Below, in pieces: positions 43,724-55,268 of a stretch of 64,000 bases of DNA (position 1 is its first letter; each line of letters begins with the position of its first letter). The DNA comes from Chlorokybus atmophyticus (Eukaryota > Plantae > Mesostigma and Chlorokybus algae): the NCBI GenBank assembly GCA_009103225.1, contig RHPI01000008.1, positions 424,015 to 488,014 on the forward strand. The letters run 5' to 3'. The position numbers and the translations under genes were made by a program. The notes under the pieces are model-generated. The model had not been told where the DNA came from, did no database searches, and saw nothing but the letters and a program-made list of their open reading frames with translations.

Positions 43724-46543
43724 TCAATCGGAGTCCGAGTCACTGTGAAAAGCACGTGTCACAAACAAGATAACAACGACAACAACAACAACAACATCAC
43801 CATACCTGAACAGGTTGACGACTTTGAAGCTGAGGCGGTCCCTCCTCTCGGCTAGTGTTGAGGACTTGGTGGAGTTGCCACTGTTTGACATGCGTGCAGA
43901 GGAACCCTGCATAAATCGCACGTGCGCACGTATGCGTAGAAAAAACAACTCATGTGCCAAAGGCTGGCCAGGAAGAGTAGCAGTGGTTGTGACAAAGAGT
44001 TTTGAACTCACCCTGTTTCCTGTGTCGGGTGTGCCAGGCCTGTTGGTGTTGGACGATGATATAGATCGCCGCCTGGCTTTCGGTGCGAGTGCAATGGCTG
44101 TTGCCCAACGCACACGAGCCTCGCTCCCTATCATTGCGTACGCATTGCGCATAAGCACAGCATCTATGCAACTGTATTGTTGTACATCCGCACGCACACA
44201 TACACACGGGCAAGCACGTCTGTGTCCGCACGCACACACACACACGTGCGAGCAGCACAAGCACGTGAACAAATCAGCTGTACATACACAGGCCACGTGG
44301 AGTCGTACGGCCAAAGTGTGACATCCCTTAACATGGCTCCTACCACATTGCGCGTCTCTCTCACCTCTGTGGCTTTCGCTGTTGTTGTTGTTGTTGGTGG
44401 TGGTATTGTTGTTGTTGGTGTTGTTTGCGGCCATCTCAGAGCTAACCGACAGCCTTCTGTTGCTACTGCTGTTGTTGTTGTCCATCACGGAGCGCCTTCT
44501 TGCCGAAGACACCGCCCCGGTTGTACACTCACCATCAATGGCAGAACTGAGTCTCGGCCTGATACAAAAGACAGCGTGTTAGTCTGCAGCAGCAGACCAA
44601 CACAAACAAAACACACTCTGATGCAAATGAATGAAACCACTGCCACTCTTACGATGCAGGCGGGGTCATCCTATCGCTTAAGCAGCTCGGTCTCCTCCCT
44701 GCATACATGGGCACTCCAGAGTCATTTTGATTGATGTGTTTCATTTTTGCGCGCAGCATTCATTCGCTCCATTGGCATATATACAGCACGGGCGGTACGC
44801 GTGGTATGTTGTGTGTGATGAGGGAGTACCGGACGGGACGCTTGAGACCGTCAGGGGGGGAGGCACATTGACTCTGCGTGAGGAGCGACATCAGAGAGTG
44901 TGCGTGCGTGTGTTCCTCGAGCGCGTGATGCTCTGCAAGTAAGAACATGCCACCCTACCTCGTGTTGTACGGCTCGGATGCAAGCGGCGTTGTCGCCGAC
45001 GGCTGGGGTGACACGGGTGACGACGAGGCCTGCGCGAGGCGCGCGAGGAGCTCCTCCGTCTTGCTCTGCAGCGTCCTCTCACTCTACCCAAACCGACAAT
45101 GTTTCACAACAGTGCTTTGTACAGAGTCTGGTTGGTTGTGTGTCTGGATGTTGTGTTGTGCACGTTGCATGCGCCACGAGGGGGTTGTTGCGAGAGGCGC
45201 GTTGCACGCAGACGAACCTGCTGTCGGAGTCTGGAGATGTTTTGCAATGCGTCTGCGCGCGCCTTCTCCATGGCGGCGGCAGCCTGGCGCTCGAGCTCCC
45301 TCACACGATCGCCAACCTCCTGCACGACACATGTGCACGTACATTGCCGTATACATTGAACCCATATACATGCGCGGCACACGTTTGCGTGTTGGTGCAT
45401 GTTGTTGTGCCCTGTGCACGAACCTTGTGGACGGCGGCTATGCGGTGTTGTAGTGCTCTGTCCTCTTGGGCCTTGAGCACCGCCAGCTCGCGCACCGCAG
45501 AATCCACAAGACCCTGCGCCTGCCGGATCTCTGCCGGCCCCACAACACGCAACACACATGTGTGATGAGCGCAGGCCCAGCACAGTTGACAGCGGTATCG
45601 TCGGGTTGGGGATGCTGTTGACGGTTAGCACAAGCACACGCACTCACCGTCCTGTCTCATCTGTACGACCGCTCGTCCCTTCTCCACCAGCGCCCTCATG
45701 TGCCTGTTCACGTCCAGCTCCACCACCGCGAGAGACTCTTTGCTTATGTTGTTGCTGGACTTGTCGTTCGCGTAAGTCCTCGTCGCTCTCGCCATGATGT
45801 TGGCGTCGCGGTTCTCGTCGCTGTTGTCGGGGGCGTACTTGCGACCGAACACAACGTCATCGCGCTGGACACACGCATTTCTCACGCGTCATGGCAAGGC
45901 ATAGGCGTACTTGGATTGCTTGCTTATATTGCTGGGAGATTTTTCGCTATGATATTGAAGCAACGAATACAATACAACAAGAAAACACGTGTCACATACC
46001 TGGTCTTCGTCGTCGGAGAGTATGATTTTGGCGAAGGATGTTGAATCGGTGTTCATGAGACTGGAATCACGCCCTGTCAAAGGGTCAACACAGCATGTGT
46101 GTGGTGCGTGAAAGTGTGCTGTGTGATACACTTTGAGACGCTTGTGTGTCAGCGCAACGCGTGTGCGAGTTACGGTGGTGGTGTGCAGCTTGACATTTAC
46201 CATCCCCGTAATCTTGCGTCGGGATGTGGCTACTAAAGGTACCATGAGAGGTTTGTATCAAGTTGTACAGTGTTGGGTGAAGTCAAGCACGTTTGTCGTC
46301 ACCCTACTTCTGGCACGCACGCAGCGTTTGCACAGCGCAAGAGGAAAACTGCACGCAAACGAAATGGTGCTCACAGGTATATAATTATACTAGAAGCGCT
46401 CCTAGAATTGGTGATTCTAATCTGGTTTAGTGTTGGTAAACTCTCTTACTGGTACCTGCTGATGAGAAGAGTATGCGCTTCAGCCTCCTGGCATCGTTCC
46501 TCTCCTCCTCCGCCGCCGTCGCCCCACCGCTCAACCTCCCCAT
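43724..46543 (-). CDS. Hypothetical coiled-coil, low-complexity protein; exon structure only partly resolved
   Basis: Candidate ATG at 46543 (MGRLSGGATAAEEERNDARRLKRILFSSA). Phase-consistent GT-AG exons read RDDVVFGRKY...RQD|EIRQAQGLVDSAVRELAVLKAQEDRAL...HK|EVGDRVRELERQ...RQQ|SERTLQSKTEELLARL. Later exons carry poly-Asn, and the 3' end is uncertain. Confidence 0.55.
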
Positions 46544-46948
46544 CTGGGACTAACCCTAAAGCCCTCTCTTACTTGAGAACCTCCGTCAACACCTTCAAAC
46601 ACGCCTCAACACCGCCGCCGCCGTCGCCGCCGCCGCCTGTCAGCAGGGCTGGCTGCCACGCCACGTGGCTGCCACGCCCACGACCGCCTTTATCCTGCTA
46701 CTGGACTCAAATAAGCGCGCGCGGAGAGAGTCACGTGACAGATCTGCTGCGAGTCCGGCTTGTGCGCCTCTTGTGCGTCGTCGCACGAGGTGTGGTCTGA
46801 AGAGTGTGTGCAGTGGTATGTATATGACACACACGGTCGCAGACGTGCACGTCACACTGGCTGGTATTGGGGAAGTGAGGGCGGCGGCGGCGGAGGTTTT
46901 GGTGAAAGGTGAAAGGAGGAGGGGGTGGAGGGGGTGAAAGACGTGATA
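46544..46948. promoter_or_regulatory. Putative bidirectional promoter between the hypothetical gene and Dabb, with G-box palindromes
   Basis: Contains GCCACGTGGC at 46660-46669, GAGTCACGTGAC at 46728-46739, and a telo-like TAACCCTAAA at 46551-46560. Confidence 0.6.
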
Positions 46949-47965
46949 ATGCCGGGCGTGAGGCATGTTGTCATGCTGCGGCTGGTCGACACCGCCACCG
47001 ACGAGCAAGTGAGGGGGCAACAGTAGTTGGCACCCATGCTCCTGTGCGCCTGGTCTGGTGTATGGTACTTGTGTGAATGTCTGCATGGGTGCCAACGTAC
47101 AGTTGAGATGTATATCATCACCGACGATTGACAGACGTCTAAAGTATGGTTTTGTGATGTGATGTGATGTGAAGACGTGCATGCTGAATATGTCACATCT
47201 GCTTGCTAGGTTGCAACATCATCAAAATTGTCATAGCATGCGTGTAATGAAAGCATCCTTGTTGTGGGGAGCAGAAGGCGGCCATCTTGTCTGCGCTGGG
47301 CGAGCTTCCTGCCAAGATTCCGCAGATAAAGAGCTACTCCTTCGGCTATGACCTGGGTCAGTGATCTTGTGTTGGGGGGTTCGTTTGTGTGATAGAGCAC
47401 TGGTGTTGTCTGAGCCACATTCTGTGAGCGGGGTGACAACACATTTCAGAGGAGAGGAAGTGGTTTCAACAGACACATGTGACGCGTGCACGACAAACAT
47501 GACCGATAAGCGGTCTATTCTGCTCTACGCTCGCAGCTCGTGCATACGTGCTTCACGCCGGGGCATCAAAGCATGTTGTGCCTGTCGTTCTGATGATATG
47601 TCGTGTCATGAGAGCGAGTCTTCCTTGCCTGCATTTGTGCTGCGCACTATGCCACATGTCCCAGACGTTCACGCGCAAGATGTGCGCATGCACAGCACAC
47701 GCTTTCTTGAGCTGGCTGCTGTTGTTCTTCCTCTCTCCTCAGTCACAGACATCAGCTGTGTCGTGATCTGTCTAAGCGTACATGTGTGGCATGCATATCA
47801 GGTGGAGTGTGATATGCACACTCATCTGCACACTGTCACCTTGGAAGCGGGCATGCACACACGCCGACCCAGTCACCAATGCGCACCCACACCCACCCAC
47901 GCACCCACTCTCACACACACATGCGCTTCCTCCCCTCATCCTCATAATCCGGCTCCCTCCCCCCG

Positions 47966-48033
<68 letters not shown>

Positions 48034-48308
48034 NNNNNNNNNNNNNNNNNNNNNNNNNNNNNNNNNNNNNNNNNNNNNNNNNNNNNNNNNNNNNNNNNNN
48101 NNCACGCCTCCTTTAGCGATGGTAGCCAGGTCTCCCTACGGGCGGCAACCCCGCGAACCACACGCTGGCCATCGTGGCTGATTTCAGCAACGCGCAGGAC
48201 GTCGCGACCTACGCGTCGCACCCGGCCCACCTGGACGCGATCGCCAGGACGATACGGCCCGTGGTGGCGCAGGGGGGGAGGGCGGCGGTGCAGTTCGAGA
48301 TGCCGTGA
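46949..48308 (+). CDS. Stress-responsive A/B barrel (Dabb) domain protein, 106 aa, 3 exons
   Basis: Exons 46949-47008, 47275-47356 and 48130-48308 total 321 nt and splice in frame: MPGVRHVVMLRLVDTATDEQ|KAAILSALGELPAKIPQIKSYSFGYDLG|LPTGGNPANHTLAIVADFSNAQDVATYASHPAHLDAIARTIRPVVAQGGRAAVQFEMP*. The Dabb hallmarks are HVV and Y..HP.H. Missed by the ORF track. Confidence 0.9.
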
Positions 48309-49092
48309 TCGGGGTGGGGGAGGAGGATGTTGGGGTGGACAAAGTGCTTGCACTTACTGGTAGCAGTTGACGTCATTGTATGATGTTTGGCTGGTGGCGA
48401 GATACGTGCGTGACTCTGTGCATGTGGGTTTGTGTCTGTCAATAGAAGACACACGGAGCGTGCGTGCACGCGTGTGTGCCATCATGTGTACTGTACTGCT
48501 ATGCGATGTGCAACACTGACTGAGGTTAACAAAATCAGGGAGTGACACACTGAGTGCGGGAGTGACATGTATGCTTGCATACACAATCTGCATGCCAGTG
48601 CAACCACCACCACTCTCTACGTACACACACAAGCGGCCAAGGTTGTGCCAACCGTCTGTCCTTTGCAAAGCCCTCCCTGCACTCACTTCTTACTTGCAGA
48701 CATACAAACACACCGTGCTGCAACTTGATGCACACGAATAACCCCTCCTCTCGAAACTCGATTTGTTTTACACAATCCTCACCACACTGATTCGTGTGTC
48801 ACCACCAACCCGCCACCACCACCAATAAGCCGCGCCATCATCATAATCGTCCCCAAACAAACTCATCCCTATACCGCGGGCTCTCTCTCAGTCATTCCCG
48901 TATCGAATCAAGTCACCCTCATTTCCGTATGCGGCGACCCTCTTTCCCCCCCCCTGCATCGCACGTGGCTCACCGACACGAGCACTGCTAGGGGGTCAAC
49001 CCTGCCCCCCCCTCCCAGCGGCGGCGGCGGCGGCGAAGTAGGAGGAGGAGGCGAAGCAGGAGCAGGAGCAGGAGCAAGAGGAGGCGGTCGCG

Positions 49093-49382
49093 ATGGGTAT
49101 GGAGCGCACGACGTCTTTTGCCTCCACCTCGACGTCATCATCATCGGAGAGGTCGACCAGGCTGCCGCTGCCGTCGGCGGGCGGGGGGAGAAGGAGTCGG
49201 GCGGTGGACTCGCTGGAGTCGCTGGCGTCGGTAAGGAGGGAATGTTGACGGAATGCATGGATGAGTAGTAGTGCACGGGTGTCGGAGGGAGGGCTGTTAG
49301 AATGGGCAAGCGAGTCAGTGAGTAAGCGAGCGAGCGAACGAGCGAGTGAGTGAGTGAGTGAGTGAGTGGATGTGTTGTGAAT

Positions 49383-49433
<51 letters not shown>

Positions 49434-51630
49434 GTGACCACAAGTGCGTGTGGATGTGTTCGTTCGTGCGCATGCGCAAGTATGTGCGCTTTGTGCTTGT
49501 GTCCATATACAATTGCCCTTGTGCGCACGCGTGTGTTGGCTTACTCTCTCGCGTTCTGTCCAGATGCAGTCCCCGCGTGAGTTCGCTTGCGTCTCTTGGC
49601 TCCGCAAGCACGGCGTGGTCATCCGCCGCAACCTCCCCGCGCAGACAAGACAGGCGCTGCGCGAGTGCTTCGAGCTCATCGACTCCGACGGATCAGGTCT
49701 GCGCTCCTTGATCGTATCGTATCCTTGGTACATGGACACAACACTCCCACGGTTCCCGCATGTGTTGATGTTGTGTGTCGGGTGTGTGAACGAGCGACGC
49801 TGTGTGACAGGTGGGTTGGACGCGTCGGAGTTGCGCGTTGCGTTCTCGTTCTTCGGGATGGATCGCGACGAGTGCAAGGCCGCCGTGGACTACGCCACCA
49901 ACGGCAACAAGGACGCCACCATCAGGTACCACAAAGACTGAAGACTTGTTCTCTCTTCACCACTCTCTTCTGACGGACTGCTTAGTACATACAAAAAGCC
50001 TGAAAGACGTTGCAACACGTCTTATTCCATTGTTATGCCCACGCCCACGCCCACGCCCACGCACACGCACACATATACACACATGCGTGTAGGATGGCAG
50101 AGTTCATCGAGCTCATGACCTCGCACCTCCACAACCGCGGGAGCGACACCGTCGATATCGTCAAGCTAGACTTCAAGGCAAGGACAAAGCAACACACACA
50201 CGCACCTTGTTTCACCAAGAACCAGAAAATATATGTATCCAATTAACCCATCAACATGATCTCCCCTCTAACAGGTGTTGACGTCGGCGTACAGAAGGAG
50301 GCGCATGCTGGAAATCCTCGTAAAGAACCGCGCATACAACTACACAAACAACAACAACATCAACAATAACAACAGCAGCAGCAGCACCACCACCACCAAC
50401 AACAACACGACCACCACCACCAACAACAACGCGACGCGCGCGGCGTTGGACAGGACGTTCACCCGCCTCGCTCACCACGTGCAGATCGAAGCTCAAGTAG
50501 GATTACAACTCAAACTTATCAATCCAAAACCATTTACCAAGTGATGACAGATGTGTGTGTATCACTTTTAATTATGTGTTATCAGCATGCGCGTCGATTG
50601 GGGAGGCAGTCTTCCCTGGCGTATCAGAAAGACATGGAGAGCGACTACGTGAGTAGTATTGGTGTAGGGGCAAGGATACATGCGTATGTGCGTGTGCGTG
50701 TGCGCGTGCGTGTGCGTGTGTTCTTTGTCTTTGCAAGGGGTAGCACAACCATACCTGTAAAACTTGTTTGATTGTGTGGTGTGTGCAGGATTTGATGAGG
50801 AAGTGGCAGGCGAAGAGGGAGCGTAAGGCGGCGAAGCGGGCGCGCGTGGCGGCGATGCGCGCCGGGGAGGCGGAGCTGCAACGCATGACCGTCATCGTGG
50901 AGTTTGAGAATGCTGAAGCCGACAACAACACCACCGAGGACAGCGGCAACAGCAACAATGGTGAGGACAACAGCGACGACGCGGTGCTCAGGGAGGAGCG
51001 CAGCCTTGTGGATGTGTGCAAGGACCTCGCAAAGGTACGAGCATGGTTGAGGCTGCATCATGACAATACTATGGTTCGCGTGAAAACACAAGTGTACACG
51101 TGTGTGATATACGCAGACGTTTGCAAAAGAGGAGATAGCCATTCGCCATGCGCAGATCAAAAGCCTCTCACAGTAAGCACCACACACCATCACCATCAAA
51201 GGATAAACATGTACACACGCGCACTTGCATGCACGCACACGCACACGCACACGCACACGCACTCCAACCAAACAGCATTGACAGCGACCACAACAACCAC
51301 AACCACCACCCCAATGCCAGGTGCGCGCGTGCTCAGAGCCGCGGCATCCACTCCCTCCGTCGCTCCCTCTCTTCCACCCTCCGCGACTTCCCCGAGTTCG
51401 ACTACCACTCCCCTTCCCTCCGCTCCCTCACCTCCATGACTTCTCTCAATAACGCCTCCACCGCTTCGCTCGACACGTTGGACGCGGCGCAGCGCGACAG
51501 GCTGCACGCGAGTTCCCCTGAGATCGCGGCGACGTGGCTGCAGAAACGGATCGTGGAGGGCGCGCCGGACGACATGCTGCACCTGCCGATCATTAGGTGC
51601 AGGAGCGAGATGTCGTGGCATAGGATGTAG
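49093..51630 (+). CDS. EF-hand (centrin/calmodulin-like) protein with basic and low-complexity C-terminal extension
   Basis: Exon 1 spans 49093-49230. Next come WLRKHG...ALRECFELIDSDGS|GGLDASEL (canonical EF loop), a degenerate second EF hand (ATIR|MAEFIELMT), a GC-AG intron at 50178-50274, and AYRRRRMLE. The last exon is uncertain. Confidence 0.75.
49386..49431. repeat. (CT)23 microsatellite in EF-hand gene intron 1
   Basis: Read directly. It is preceded by (GAGC/GAGT)n at ~49310-49370. Confidence 0.9.
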
Positions 51631-51857
51631 GGGTGAAGGGGTGGGGTGGGGCGGATGGGGATTGTTTGTGTATACATGGTGGAAGGAAGGAGTGTCTGTG
51701 TATAGTTCAGCGTTGTGTTGGTGGGCTGCCTGTGCATTGTGGTTGTGTCGCAAGTTGGCTGCGCCATCGTTACTGATGCAACGAGAGCACTCCTGGGGCT
51801 TTTCCCTCTTCGTTGGCTGCTCCCTCCACGCGCATGTTCGACAGCGGCACTGAGGTG

Positions 51858-51938
51858 GCGCAACTATGCATAAGAGCGTGTGCACAGGTGCACGCGGTTC
51901 GCGTGCACAGGTGCACGCGCTCTTATGCATAGTTGCGC
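51858..51938. other. 81-nt near-perfect foldback with 39-bp arms and a 3-nt loop
   Basis: 51858-51896 is the reverse complement of 51900-51938 except at 3 positions: one G-U-compatible pair and an AG/AG internal loop. Confidence 0.92.
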
Positions 51939-52551
51939 GACGTGTAGAATATATGCAATGCTGTGCATGTGACTCACCATTGCACGGCCCATGTGACATA
52001 CGCAAGCACAAGCACAGTCCAACATGGCAGCAACTTGTTTCACCACCGGGCTGCCTATACGACCTAGGTAGCTAGCTTCGCTATTGCCCTTGCCCCGTTA
52101 GTCAGCATGCATGCTTACCTGTACACAAGGCGTTGTGTGCACGTGTGTGACAAGCTTGCAGCCAGTCACAAGTCAAGGCCTCAACCTGCCTTGTCGTATC
52201 CTGGGCTTACCACAGCAGTAGTCTGTAGCTACATCAGATCACAAGGTAGGTACATGTATCGTGGGTACATGCAGGGCTTGTGTATACATTTCTTGATCAC
52301 ATTACTTGAAGCACTAACCTCAATCGTATGGCAGGACAGCCAAGTGCTGTTGCAATTGCACTGGTTGTTCATGAGCAATGTAAAGCTGTCCACTGTCGCT
52401 CCCTTTTACACTATGTACATGTACACCCTCTACTTACAATATATACACCCGCTGTTTACATGACTTATGATAGCGTGGAAACACTCACCTGTTTCCAGCT
52501 GAATCACCTAACCAAACCTCTCAACTACACATATTTGTAAAAATTACACCC

Positions 52552-55268
52552 TCACTCACATCGTTGCCTTTGCTTCCGCCGCCTGCGCTCTTTGCCCGTC
52601 GTCCCCCTCTCCTCGCCATCAAGTAGGACGGCCGCGGCGTACGCGCGGGCGCCGGCCCCGTGGGCGCTCAGCTCCGCCAGCAGCAGCTCCCAGGCGACGC
52701 GTGCAGCCTCCGCCGAGCGCAACAGCGACGAGTCGCCCAGGGGATGCGTCGCACACGGGAAGCTCGTGCATTGGGAGTTGCACACGCCCTGTCCGGAAGC
52801 TGTTGTCGGTGTTGTGGATGGTGGTGCTGTGATTGACTGCGTCGCAACAGTCGTGTATCCTTCAGATCCTTCTTCTTGCGACATGTGACCGGCGCTTATT
52901 GCGTCTCTGCTCACAATAGCATGAGTCATTACAACTGCGTGTTGTGCATGTTGTGGTTGATAGAGCGAATGAGGCAACACATGCGACAGGGGCTTACATG
53001 GCGGCATCCCGACATATGTTGCGAGCAGTCAGCTTGCCGCACGCAGCGGCTTGAACGCTGTCCAGCACTTGTTGTGGTTCAGAGGCACCGGCGCGCACGA
53101 CTTCGTAAACTGCGAAGTGCTCTTGTCACAACAATTTGGGAACTGGCAAACGTCAGTGGCAAGCACTAACTCAGCGGCTCACATGCATTGGCAATCCAAG
53201 GACGTTGCTGTGAAGGAAAGCGTCTCAGAAACGCCCGACCACTAGCCCCAGCTTTGCTCTTGCGTTTGCTAACAGAGGTTCTGTTTGGAACCCAACAGAG
53301 ATGAGGGAACGCTGCAAAACAGAGCGATACACACATCCAACTAAATGACGCACAAAGCACATAGCGATGGTCTCCAATACATTGGCGCCACATGAGCCAG
53401 TGCACCTGCGCTCTGTGTGCACGCTGAGTTGGACAGCTAGCTGAGGGACATCAACATCGTGTTGGTGGTTGAAACGAGTTTGTGCTGCGACGGGTTCATT
53501 GTGTTGTGCGACGCCGACCTCACGTGCGCGCAGCAACCAGTACAGCATGTGTTCGGGGGTTATGGCGCCGTCTATGTTGCACGCTCTGTGGGTTTGAGTT
53601 GCGCCTCGGGAACGCTGACTGAGGTACACCTGACTGCATGAAGTGCTGTTTGAGAGAGCAACTAACTTGTATGGGTGCACCTGCACCGTATAATGTTATC
53701 AACCAACCTTGCTCTCTGGAAGAAAGCATTGAGCCCTGCTTTGCACGCGCGCCGGAGCGTGACCGCAAACTGCAAAGGTGGCACACAACAGATTGCCTCA
53801 ACATAGCGCTTTGTCATATGACTTCAGCAAACAGCGGCACTGTCTATCATCATGTCCATGCCATACCGCAGGGTGCAGGCAAAGTTTGCGCCGGCAGGCC
53901 GGAGCAGCCAGGAAGCTCACGAGCCTGCGTTCGGGTTGCTCCTACATATTACCAGCATGATTGAGAAAAGCTCTTTACACAAGTTCAGGGCCCAGCGCGG
54001 AAGCTACCTCGATCGCGTGCAGCAGGCGGTTGGCATTGACCCACGCGAAAGCAACTTTCTCCGCCCCCAACACCGTCTTAGCCACCTTGTTCTCCTGTTT
54101 GTACATGTTGATGAGATTTCATTGTGTGCACAAGTGAGAGCAAAAGTCCACAGAACTGTAGCAGACTTGTTTGAGTCTTACATCGTGCTGACCTGTGTGG
54201 CGAGGTTGAACATGAGTGCGTCGACAGGTACGACGCGCGCAACATACATGCAGTACACGCCTCCTTTAGCGATGGTAGACTCGACGCAAAGGATGTCATC
54301 TCGCGCGTCCGCCTCGGCCAGCCTGCTTGTCATGGCTGCGGTAGAGAGCGCGACAGAGGCAGCGTCCACGCCAATGCCACCAAAGAGCCCGAGCGTCTCT
54401 TCGCTGAACTCCCGCGCAGCCGTTGCACATGACAGACCGTTGTCGATTGCCTCCCTCTTGCCGCCGAAGTCGCTCCATCGACGAACAAAGGTCCCGCACA
54501 CCGGACCGCTGCACACCTCAGCACCCAGCAGAACAGCCACCTCGCCTGAGGACAGGATACAGTAAGTCTTCATGCATTGGTAGACACGCATTGCTGAGCA
54601 GCAACGGTAGGCAGGAGACAGCCCTACTCCTGCTCTGCATACAGACTCTGTGTGACCATTGCGCGAAGAGACAATCTGACAGGAGCAACAGCAGAGGTCG
54701 AAAGTAGTTGCCAAGCTGGTGAGCTGTACTGTGTGACGCTAAGTGGCCAGCTTAGCATCACACAGTAGCATGATGGTCAAGTAACGAACAAGCACCATCA
54801 GCAGTTTGGGTGGCTGCATTGGTAGGTTCATGGGGACCAAGCATACGGGTGATTGCAAGCCAGCCACATACGAAGAAGTGTATATTGTTGCGAAATGAAG
54901 CTGACGGTACGCGTTGGTACAACTGACGCACGCTGCAGGCTTCAATTTAGCTGAGTACCAGTTGCAAGCTGTGCTACTTGGCGTGGCGAACAGCAAGTAT
55001 TCTTGCGACCAAGACGTAGGCGGAGAAACCAAGGGCAGGCTGCCTACCTTGCATGCACATGTTGAAGCCCCAAAGCACACAATGCGTGCCCAAAATCATA
55101 AAGAAAAGGAACAGAAAGCCCATGCTGCAGTTCTTGCCTACCAGCCTCACCTGAAGCTAAGACAGCGTAAGGCAGCACGCCCGCCGCCCTGTAACTCGCA
55201 GCCGGAGAGGCTCCGAGACACGTTAGCGGCGGAGGCGGCGCCGTGGGCATGCGCGGCGGCGAGCCCAT
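52552..55268 (-). CDS. Nudix hydrolase with a variant Nudix box and a long uncharacterised C-terminal extension; 3' end uncertain (53166 or 52552)
   Basis: Spliced YRAAGVLPYAVLASG|EVAVLLG...WSDFGGKREAIDNGLSCATAAREFSEETLGL, then GAEKVAFAWV. Confidence 0.8.

Noticed and set aside
47966-48033. 68-nt poly-C run as a G-quadruplex or i-motif element
   Set aside because: It abuts a gap, and similar runs flank other gaps, so its length is probably a sequencing or assembly artefact.
49719-49727. GTATCCTT as a U12-type donor
   Set aside because: It lies inside an intron whose GT-AG boundaries already give the correct frame.
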